Source: Lytechinus pictus | Lineage: Eukaryota | Length of the DNA: 64,000 bases | Assembly: GCF_037042905.1 (NCBI RefSeq) | Contig: NC_087250.1 | Coordinates: forward strand, 19,718,001 to 19,782,000 | Direction of reading: 5' to 3' | Translations under genes and position numbers: made by a program | Shown: positions 25,673 through 37,000 of the stretch, piece after piece | Layout of the letters: each line of letters opens with the position of its first letter | Position numbering within the stretch: position 1 is the stretch's first letter | The notes under the pieces: model-generated | Told to the model about the DNA's origin: nothing | The model's database searches: none | The model's input: only the letters and a program-made list of their open reading frames with translations

Positions 25673-25839
25673 GGGGCCGTTTCATAAAGCTGTTCTTGAG
25701 TTAAGAGCGACTTTAAGAACGACTGGTGAACCCTTACGCGCTAAACCATCGCCAATTCAATACCATTTACCTCAAGAAAGGATCACCAGTCGTTCTTAAA
25801 ATCGCTCTTAACTTATGAACAGCTTCATGAAACACCCAC
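25673..25839. mobile_element. Harbinger-like palindromic MITE nested in a related element (~25582-25936); second copy at ~48090-48261
   Basis: CAG 3-bp TSD; internal IR tttcataaagctgttc...taagagcgactttaagaacgactggtga. Confidence 0.75.
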
Positions 25840-26371
25840 CAGGTTTTCATTGGTGTTTATTTAGTTCCAAAGGGAGAGTCACCAGTCGTTCATACAGTCA
25901 CTTGTAATTTGTGAGCAGCTTTGTGGAACACCCACCTAAAATATTAATGGAAGTGTCATGGTGTAGTTGCTCTTGCCTTTCATTTTTAAACGGAGGATCA
26001 AGGCATCAATTCCATTCAGCAAGGAATTCATCCATATTGCATTGCACCAAACCCAGGTTTTGGTTATTGGGACCTGGCAGGATCTTTTGTATTGATACAA
26101 AGGTCACATGACAGTTTTGTAAGGCCAGTGGGGCAATGTCATATTTCAGTTAGACTTAAGTACATATAGCACTTCTACAATTATGGTACATTTAGTGTAA
26201 TTATTTTTGTTATTTGTGTTGTGGAAATGATGGTAACAATTCATTGTAAGCTGCCTTTCTGTGAAACACTAAACCGAAACTTACTATCACAATAACTTTT
26301 AGCGCGGCGGTTCCGGCACCGACGGCATGCAGCTTACGGTATAAAAGGCGCACGCAGCGATTGTCCACTTC

Positions 26372-26414
26372 ATTGCCTGACGAAGACTAGCAGGTGCAGT
26401 CGAAATGTCGCAAT
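26372..26414 (+). ncRNA. Minimal type I hammerhead ribozyme motif (Penelope-like LTR context, ~26270-26495)
   Basis: Stem I attgc/gcaat, core CTGACGA, stem II gact/agtc, GAAA, GTC triplet; TATAAAA ~30 bp upstream. Confidence 0.7.
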
Positions 26415-27274
26415 TTCAGTTTGCCGCATCGTGAGACAACGGATTATTTCCTTTACCAAATCTATACTACCACGATGATCAACATCTTCCGTACAAACTT
26501 TTATTCTTATAAACATTTACATGTATGATTGTGCCATGAATTTGCTTTGATTTGTAATTGTTTTGGTGACTTACGCTCCTCACCTGGCTTCTGTAACACA
26601 AAAGTTTGCAATCTCTATTGACCAATCAAGATCATTGTTGCATGCTCACCTTGTTGCAAACACTGGCCAGTAACCAATCAGAATCGTTCTTTTATATTTG
26701 AAATCCTTCACAAAAAATGTGTTATGGGGTTGAGGGATTCTCCTTTTCTGACAAATGAAATTAAAATTCTAGTAATTTCAGACATATTTTAGCCATCAAA
26801 AAGTTTTTTTTATTAACCGGAAGGCTCATTCTAAATCATTTTTGCACTTAACTTAATTTTGATGTGGGCAACTGGTAAAGGGTTTGCTTAGCAGACTAGC
26901 TCATGAAATTCATTGAGAGCTACAATCTTTGGCATTTATTAGTTCAATTCCCATTTGACAGATGTAGGTCTATTGAATAAATAAATTCCATGCTGTTTTC
27001 ACTTTACACTGTTCATTTACAGCGGGCATTCAAGAGTAGGCTTATTTTTGACACCCATATATTTTAGATATTTTAGATAAAATAAAATGGAAATAATCCT
27101 TCTGCAGAATACCCTTCTTCGAATGATATATATTTTTTATTATGTGCATGTAAAGAATAAATTACTGTAATATAATCCATTACTAGTGTATAAAATTTCA
27201 TTTCTTAGCGCTTTCGATAGATGGGATGGCTGTGGATATGATCTGTATACTTGGGACAGATATTGGTGGGAACA

Positions 27275-28070
27275 TGGGAGTGGGAGATTAAGAGAGAGAG
27301 AGAGAGAGGGGGGGGGGGGGCTAGAGAGAGAAAGAGTGAGAGAGTGCATGGGGAATTGATAGAGACAGGGTAGGAGAAAGAGCATTAGACAGAGACAGGG
27401 GTAGGGAGCGGGAGGAAGAGAGAGGGTTGGAGTGAGAGAGTGCATGGGGGAACTGATAGAGACAGGGTAGAAGAAAGAGAATGAGAGAAGGGTGGGGGAA
27501 GGGAGGGAGCGAGAGGGTTTGAGTGAGAGAGAGCATGTGGAATTGACAGAGACAGGGTAGAAGAAAGAGAATGAGAGAGAGAGACAGAGGGGTGGGGGGG
27601 GGGAGGGAGGAAGCGAGAGGGTTTGAGTGAGAGAGTGCCAATTGATAGGGACAGGGTAGAAGAAAGTGAATGAGAGAGAGACAGAGGGGTGGAGAAGAGG
27701 GTTGGAGTCAGAAAGTGCATGGGGGAATTGATAGAGACAGGGAAGAAGAAAGATAATGAGAGAGAGACAGAGGGGTGGGGGGAGGGAGGAAGCGAGATGG
27801 TTTGAGTGAGAGAGTGTCAATTGATAGGGACAGGGTAGAAGAAAGAGAATGAGAGAGAGACAGAGGGGTGGTGGGGGGAAGGGAGGTTCAAGCGAGAGGG
27901 GTTGGAGTCAGAAAGTGCATGGGGGAATTGATAGAGACATGGTAGAAGAAAGAGAATGAGATAGAGACAGAGGGGGGGGGGGGGGGTAGACATCGGGAAG
28001 AGGGAATGAGAAAAGATAGACACAGGGAGGGAGAGATGGTGAAAGACTGATGGAAAGAGAGAGTAACTTG
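27275..28070. repeat. Purine-rich imperfect tandem repeat with G tracts
   Basis: Recurring gatagagacagggtagaagaaagagaatgagagagagacagaggggtgggg. Confidence 0.85.
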
Positions 28071-28965
28071 GCGAAGGGGAGGGGTAGATAATTAGGGTGA
28101 GAGACACAAGGGATGGGTGGAGGTTGATGATACTCTCAATACAAATTTATCTTTTCTCGCAGTGGCACATATCCCCTCTCTCTCTTCTCCCCCCCCCCCC
28201 ACCCCCGGATTGCCCACCCTTACGGAATATTATTGTGTTCAAATATAAATTCAATGTTTACTTCCCGATTGAATGACTGAGCGAAAAACTTTTGTTAACA
28301 TGTTTTGTCTCATAAGAAAACATTTGGTTCAGCCGTTTGATATTCACATTGTAACTTCTTATCTGATTAGTATTCCGTAACGGTTGGCATCTCCTCTGCC
28401 CCCTCCCCTCTATCTCTCCCTTTCATAGGAATTGTCTGTGTTAGGGATCACGCTCCCTCTCACATGGATATCTCTAAAACAAAACAAAACAATTAAAGAA
28501 TAAAAATCCTCTCAAGAAGTTCCAAGATGATGCAGTGGATTGAATTGTTATTATTTCTGAACCACGAATATTTCTGTTAGTGAAGCAATGCAGTTATAAC
28601 AACCAGAATCATGCGATAAACAATCAGACATCAATGTTGATCGTTCACGCCCTTTAGACTATGGATATTGATACGACGAATAAATTAATACAATGATCAT
28701 TTCTTAACAAATGCACTTTGTCCTAACACAAATGTTCATTTACTTAGACCGATAATGTACATAATTATCTTAAATATTATCTCAGTAGTAGGTATATATC
28801 TATAGACCTCAGTTACGTATCTATCATTATTATGAAGCATCGTTATGATCAAGTTTAGATAAAGACAGTTTTGCTGTTTAGGTATTCAAAAGTGCAACAC
28901 TTTAATGATCGTGTCTGCTTGCAGCACTTGCAGTGACAAACAGCAAGTGAAGCATTACACTAAGC

Positions 28966-30708
28966 CACTGGCGTAAATCCCGGGGGGGGGGGGATGGGGG
29001 GGATATATCCCCCCCTCCACTTTTCGAGGAGGGGGGGGATGGCCTGTACAATCATCCCCCCACTTTTTACGAAAGAAATTTTTAAAAAATCACAAGAGAT
29101 AATTGTTTTATTGGTGAAAATTCTTCCTAAAATACCGCTTAACAAATAAAACAATATTATTGAATCATAAAATGCAAATAAAGAGCCAGTTCACCATTTC
29201 CAAACGAAATACTTATGTCCTTATTATAACATTGAAGAGAAACCCCCGTTTCTTCTAATTCATCAATGTTGGGGCCTTTGGGAAGGGATTAAGATGGAAT
29301 GTCAAAAATGTTTGAATGTAATCTCTAATAAAACCATTAAACCATCATGGGGTAAAAAGATAATGATATTGGAGGGGTATTTGCCATATGGACATACAGT
29401 GGCGTAACTACGGGGGGGGGGGGGCATGAAAGGCACATGCTCCCCCCATCGGCTGACCAAAAAAAAAAAAACGGGGAAATGGGGAAAAAGAGAAAAGAGG
29501 GAGAAAGGAAAAGAAACGTAGTGGGAAAGAAGAAAGTATTATTCATTATAATGTTATATTATATTATAATTATGTTATGTTACATTACATAAGAAACATT
29601 TTTATCATAACTTTATGAAACATAATTTGCCCAGGGCCTACGTCTTCATTGTTCCTGGTGCTCGCATTGTCTGTTCAACGAGATATATAATCCTGTTGTA
29701 CTAAAACATCCCATTTTCAAGTCAATATAAACCAAATATATTTCCTAGCACTTGAGTTATCATTGTTTTATGTAGTGACATATGCTTCTTTTTTATGACT
29801 CAAAAAGTGATTGCCCCATGTTAAGGTCTTCGTATATATAAAAACATTTCCTGTCCGTGATTACGTTCGCATTAGTGGATTGGTGAGATATGTCTGCTCT
29901 TCATGAATTCCTAAAATCAGTCCTTAAAATTTCCCTTTTTCTGATCTGAATATCAAAAATTTTCAGCTCGCGCTTCGCACTCGCATCATTTTGGTTAATG
30001 AAATACGTATGGTCCAAGTTAATTCCTACAAAGAAACATTAGAATGCCCCACTTCAGTTCTGAATTATCTAACTTATCTAAATTTTCTGCTCGCGCTTCA
30101 CGCTCGCAATATTTTATTAGTGAGATGCGTATGATAATCATGATTGCAATGACTACAAAAAGTGTTTCATGTTTTCAGATGTAATTCTAATAAAATCAGC
30201 AAGCGCTTGGCACTCGCATTAGATGACTATGGTGAGATATGCATACTCTTAATGGATTCCTAAAATATATTCCTTAAAATCTCGCTGTTTGGGGTCAAAA
30301 TATACGAAAATTTCAGCTCGCGCTTCGCGCTCGCATTGCTTAGCGAGACAGGTACCTATCATGATTACACAAATTTTATTATAATGTCCCTTTTTAGGTG
30401 TGAATATAAAAAAAAATCAGCTCGCGCTTCGCGCTCGCATTATTTGATCAGTGAGATACATATCCGTTCAATGACATTGTCCTTAAAATGTCTCTATTAG
30501 GTCAGAATAACTAGCAACTGAGCGCGCTTCGCGCGCTCACTCAGTGATTCAAAAATTTTGATGGTGCCCTCACAATGCCGTGACCCACGGTACGCCACTG
30601 TGGACATATCAATTACAATTCCTTGCATATCTAAAAACATGATTGCAAAAAAAAGGCCAAAATATTTCAGTCATCCCCCCCACCCCTCAACACGGATTTA
30701 CGCCAGTG
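28966..30708. mobile_element. hAT-like element (CACTGGCGTAAATCC termini) hosting a nested element
   Basis: TIR cactggcgtaaatcc / ggatttacgccagtg; 8-bp TSD CACTAAGC at 28958-28965 and 30709-30716. Confidence 0.88.
29397..30600. mobile_element. hAT-like element of the CAGTGGCGTA / GCGCTTCGCGCTCGC family
   Basis: TIR cagtggcgta / tacgccactg; 8-bp TSD TGGACATA at 29389-29396 and 30601-30608. Confidence 0.88.
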
Positions 30709-31433
30709 CACTAAGCACAAAGTGCTAAAAAATAACACCTATGGGCGTGTATTCTCTATACGAGCTCTCAAAAGTACTTAGAGCGTATCTCACTTTTGTA
30801 TAGGCCCTAATAGAAATTACGACTTTCATACGGTAATTAATTGCCAATTAGTCTACTGCCAACTCCTCCCCTCACCACATGGTCTACTTTTATTTAGTCT
30901 ATTCCGTCTATCAACATTTCGTCTAACAACCATTTGGTCCATTAACCATTTGGTCCAATCATCGCTTCGTCTAATCACCATTTCATCTCATAACCAGTTT
31001 GTCTAATATCCATTTCATTTTCATTCATTTTGCACAATTTAACACTTAGTGTTAGTGATTTAGTCCAATTAGACCAAATGGTATATGCACTAATTGGCTA
31101 TTGGATCAACTGGTTATTAGACGGGATGGCAGTAGACTAAATGAAAGTAGACCATGTCGAACTGATGGTCGAATTGGCATTAGACGAATTGGAAATAAAC
31201 CCTTCCATACATGATATGCCATAATCTTTTACAAATAAATGATGTATATGAATAATGAGATGAAAGTTTGACAATAAATCACATGGCATCGCATATACTG
31301 TCACATAATTACAGGTATAGTTTCTATGAGTGCCATCAGCCTGTGCACAGATTAAACATGTTTCATCTTCTGCCGATAGAGGCACTAGGTCCCCCTTTCC
31401 CCATATAAAAAAGTACTATGGTATTACCAAAAT

Positions 31434-32465
31434 AAATTGACAGATGAAGGCAGTACATTTATCATGGTAAAAAAAATCAATGGTAGAAATACCATGGTAA
31501 TACCATAGTGTTACTAAATTGACAGATGAAGGCAGTACATTTACCATGGTAAATCAATGGTAAAAATACCATGGTATTTACTAAGTTGACAGACGAAGGC
31601 AGTACATTTACCATGGTAAATCAATGGTAGATATACCATGGTAATACCATAGTATTACTAAATTGACAGATGAAGGCAGTACATTTACCATGGTAAATCA
31701 ATGGTAAAAATATCATGGTATTTACTAAGTTGACAGATGAAGGCAGTACATTTACCATGGTAAATCAATGGTAGATATACCATGGTAATACCATAGTATT
31801 ACTAAATTGACAGATGAAGGCAGTACATTTACCATGGTAAATCAATGGTAAAAATATCATGGTATTTACTAAGTTGATAGATGAAGGCAGTACATTTACC
31901 ATGGTAAATCAATGGTAGATATACCATGGTAATACCATAGTATTACTAAATTGACAGATGAAGGCAGTACATTTACCATGGTAAATCAATGGTAAAAATA
32001 TCATGGTATTTACTAAGTTGACAGATGAAGGCAATACATTTACCATGGTAAATCAATGGTAGATATACCATGGTAATACCATAGTATTACTAAATTGACA
32101 GATGAAGGCAGTACATTTACCATGGTAAATCAATGGTAAAAATATCATGGTATTTACTAAGTTGACAGATGAAGGCAGTACATTTACCATGGTAAATCAA
32201 TGGTAGATATACCATGGTAATACCATAGTATTACTAAATTGACAGATGAAGGCAGTACATTTACCATGGTAAATCAATGGTAAAAATATCATGGTATTTA
32301 CTAAGTTGATAGATGAAGGCAGTACATTTACCACGGTAAATCAATGGTGAAAAGACCATGGTAATACCATAGTATTACTAAATTGACAGATGAAGGCAGC
32401 ACATTTACCATGGTAAATCAATGGTAAGAATACCATGGTAATACCATAGTATTACTCTAGTTGTA
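31434..32465. repeat. Higher-order tandem array of alternating 67- and 77-bp monomers (144-bp dimer), ~14 monomers, within a CCATGG-rich element (~31400-33531)
   Basis: aa(a/g)ttgacagatgaaggcagtacatttaccatggtaaatcaatggta at 31516, 31583, 31660, 31727, 31804, 31871, 31948 ... 32380. Confidence 0.92.
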
Positions 32466-34014
32466 CCATGTACCATTCATTACCATGGTACTTTCATTCT
32501 TTCATAATCCGCGTGGGTTGGCCATTTAGGTTCCATGTGGGTCCCAAAAATGGGTTTATTAAAAAGAATAATAATTAAATGTCAAGTTCATTGAAGCACA
32601 TTTTTACAATTCCATACTCTAAGCCATATCACCTTATTCTATCCTACAATCATACATTCTAATCCTAAATGCTAATCCCCTCCTTCACCTATCCACAGAG
32701 ACCTGTCATTGACTTCTATATAGGCCTATTAAGCGAGTTCACAAAACTTGAAAAATATGGTTAACAATTTTCCATATTTGACCCCAAAACATTCTTCCAA
32801 AATTAATTGTCATGATTATGAATAATATAATTTATAAACCACACATTTTTCTGAAAATTTTCGTGGTGGAATCATTGCATAAACATAAACACATCAATTG
32901 TCAAAGCTACATACATATTAGCTAAAATTTTGGTCATTTATTGTTGTAATGAATATTCATGAGTGCAGTCCAAACCAAGGGATACCATAGTAATACCGTG
33001 GTTACTATGGTAATACCATATTAACACCATAGTACTTGATTTTTTTTACAAGGGATCACGGTAGCAGTACCATAATTATGCCAGTCAAAAAAGTATCATA
33101 AAGTACCAAGAAATTACCATAGAGAACTGTGTAAGTACCACGAAGTGCAATGACAGTGTCCAAGAGAGCTAAAGTACCATGGAGTAGGCCTACTAAGTAT
33201 CACAGAGAACCATGAAAGTACTATGGAGTACCATGAAAGTATATCATGTGTGAGGATGGCACTCTTTTCAGTATAAACATTAACCATATAAACAATTTTG
33301 AAATTTCATTGTAATACGTAACATCTATGGTACATTCATGGTAGTACTATGGTACATTATGGTACTTCTGCATTTTCAAATAGTACTTTCCTATTCCGTA
33401 TGGTACTTCTGTGGTACACTATGGTCGTACTATGGTACAAATTAATTTACCATGGGTACTGGTCATTGAGCTACAATACCATGATAATACCATAGTAATA
33501 CTATGGTACTTAATGCTACTATTTTACAAGGTCCCCCTTTTAATACTCACTGTTCTTTTTCACTAATACTCCCCAATATTATTTTGCGATATTCTAGGTC
33601 ATAATCCTGCTAATAATTTATGATTTAATATCGTTTGAACATTGGACTTTCGTTATAGAGTGTCACATGTATTTACCAGGAAGTAAATTTAAAATGTGGA
33701 GAAAGAGAGGTGAGAGAGAGGGGAAGAGAGAGAGAGAGGGGAAGAGAGAGAGAGAGGAAGAGAGAATCAATCCTGTGTATTTCCGTGTAAGCATGCATGA
33801 AACATAATGACAAAAGCATATTCTGCATGCATGCGCTATGGGGAGATTCTATTTTACTTTTCTTGGCAAACGAGGAATAAACAACACAATAATGGGGAAT
33901 TCCATCCATGCCACTGGAAATATGGTTTTAACTAAAATATAACCCGGTCGCCTCACTGGATCCAATGATAAAACGTTCATCTTTTAGGAATTCTTGAAAA
34001 AAGCATATATAACG

Positions 34015-37000
34015 ATGGATGAGAATCCACCTGCTATAGGACTTATCTCTTTAAGTGCCATGGAGGAGATTGAGCAATCATTAATCGCCAAGTACATTAC
34101 TGCTAGCGGACTGACACCGGTTTCGAAGCGGATCTCCGCGGCGGAGGTTCCGGGTTTTAGGCCGCCCAGGGAGTGGAAGGCGGTGTTCCTTTTCCATCAG
34201 AGCAGTCATGGGAGATTTTCAATCGGAATATCAGACGTCATTTCGAATCAATATGATGTTTTGATTCCGAAATTAGCAGAAGCATACGGTAGGCTGAAAA
34301 GTTTTTATGATATTTATTATTTATTTATTATTGGTAGATTTGAACTTTTTATAGGCTTATCATGCACGGCAGCAGTATGCCTTTAGTGGATTGGTATAGT
34401 ATATGCCTATACTGTTTTATTGTTATTGTATCATCATTTCCTTATTGCTAAAATCATCAATATTATTATTATCATTATTGTTATTATAATCATATTGTAT
34501 TATTACATTATATTTTTAATTGTTATTATCATTATTTGTATTTGTTTATTATATGTGATATATGTTTATCATCAATTGTTATGTAAATGTCACAAATTGT
34601 GATTTGATCAATATTGTACTTTCTTTAAAGTATATACATTATTATTATTACTGTGATTTTTTATGTTTTGAATTATCAATGATTGCCGATTTAAACACCT
34701 GCTAAATTATTATTATCATTAATATCATTATTGTTATTATGATTATTATTACATTTATTCTCATAATCATTCTTATCGTCATTATTATCATTTTAATCCC
34801 AATGTTCTCTACGCTCATTTAATTCCACCTTCATTTATACTTGGCAGGCAATAAAGCAGTGTGTTTCACTGTTTGTGACGTAATTGAGGAGATTACTGAT
34901 CGAATGCGAGCCCGCCAATTTCAAATCTTGAAGAGAGACCAGCCCGCCCTCATTCGACACACATCGGGCAATGTGGTCTTCTGCAGCGAGGTGGATACAA
35001 TTCATGAAAAGGACTCGATAAGAATTAAAAATATAATCAACGAGATTTGTGAGGCTTGGAGCAAGAGACAAGAGGAAATATCAAGACTTAAGAAGGTTTG
35101 GATGACATTGAGGGATTTCAAGTCCGGTGTTGGCATTAGTGTTGGCGTTGGAATTTGTATTACTTCCCCTAGCTCAAAAATCTATTCTGAGTTTGTAAAA
35201 CTGATCCAGATCACGTTATTGACATCTCAAAAACTATAGTGGGTGACTTTTCAGGACCATCTTCTTTTTAATGTTTGGTGTTATACTCGTGTAAAAACTG
35301 ACCTAACACCAACACTAAAAGGTCAACACTGAACTTGAAATCACCCATTCTACTTTGTTTCGATGATGAAAATAATAGTTACATTTATATAACGCTTCAT
35401 GCTTTGCGATTCTAAGCAATTAAAATGTAAATAGGGAGTTTCGCAACCACTACACAGATGATTTCTGGAACGCAGAGAATCTATTGTCAATAGCCCTTCA
35501 TGACAAAGCAGTCTTTGTCGAAAATCGGTGAAACAAAACAGCAGTCCGTCCTGGACTCTGGTCAAACCACTTATTTGCAATTTTTCATCAGCTCCGCATC
35601 TTACGACGATCGATGATGTCCCCGTTCACCACTTTTCGACAAAGACCTCTAAGCTGTAAATCGTGTGATTCAACGGGCATTTTCAATAGATTTACTATGT
35701 CGTAGATTCCGTTCCCGTTGCGATCCCGAACACTCGCTATTTTAATAATCGCGATGATAGTAAAAGAAAATAGCAATGGCGTTGATGAATACGTTCAAGT
35801 TGGTGAATAGGTTGATTATGCTGATATTGAATAGAATCAGAATCCAACCGTTGATAAGGGTAATACTAATGACAGCAGGATTAGTGCAACAAGAAATATA
35901 ACAACAATTACGTTGATAATAATACTATCAATAGTAACGATGGTATTTCAAACTTTGCTATAGTCTACTAATAATAACAATAATACTTAGTAAATATGGT
36001 GCTTACATAGCACATTAATTCATGATCTCTATGTGCTTTACCGATGAATTATATACATTACATTACAAGAAATCGAACGAGTTATTAAAGGGGAATCCAG
36101 CCTTGGCCATTAAATGTTGTGTTGGGAAGGAGAAAAATAAATTAAACAGAATGGTGAAAGTTTGACAGAAATCGGACAAGCAATAAGAAAGTTATAGCTG
36201 ATTTAAAATTGAGATCACTAATACTATGTAAATTTCAAATTGGCAACTGGGTAAGTAAATTTTGACAAGGGGCAAGGACAACTTTCCCATAGGCCATGTA
36301 CTTTATTATCAGGGATTTGTGGTTTTCTCCTAAGTACCCATTCCCCTGGGGCAGTAATCTAGATATAATCCAGGTAGTATATTGTTTTATGTCCTCATGA
36401 AAGAAAAATATAATTTGCAATAACATTTTTGGGAATAATGACATTTTAGCCATAATATGTATTGGAGTACATGGAAGAGTAGTCCTTGCCTTACATCACT
36501 ATTACATCCCATATGCGGCCAATTTGAAGTCTCCATGGGTATAGTGATTACCAATATTTACAACTTTTAAAAATGCATAACTTTCTTGTTGTTTGTCCAA
36601 TATTGTTCAAACTTTCACCTATCAACTTGTCTGATTTTTCTTTTCCTTATAAAAACAAGTTTTTATTCGGGTTGGATTCCCCTTTAATTCAAGTTCCACT
36701 AAATTCCAATAGTATCCTACATTATAATGATAACGACGATAATGATGAAAATAGAATCAAAACAATATTAAATCGGATTCATAATGACAGTATTGACAAA
36801 TTATAAATTTTGATGAAAAATGATAGTACTTCAATAACCTAAAACTCACAACAGTAAAAATAATATTTATGATAAATTGTGATATTAGAAATGATATGAT
36901 TTTCATATCGATAATTATATAAATGCGAACATTACTTATGGAAAGTGAATTATAACTGAAGAAGGGTGAAACCACCAAGACTGGTTGAATTTTATTAAAA

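Noticed and set aside
27140..28107. Several minus-strand ORFs up to 226 aa
   Set aside because: Products of the purine-rich tandem repeat, open in multiple frames
31434..32465. CRISPR-like regular repeat array
   Set aside because: No unique spacers, whole units repeat, no cas genes, eukaryotic context
35430..35810. GC-richer stretch in intron 2 of the unknown gene, possible extra exon
   Set aside because: I could not identify a phase-compatible open exon with convincing splice sites; left unresolved
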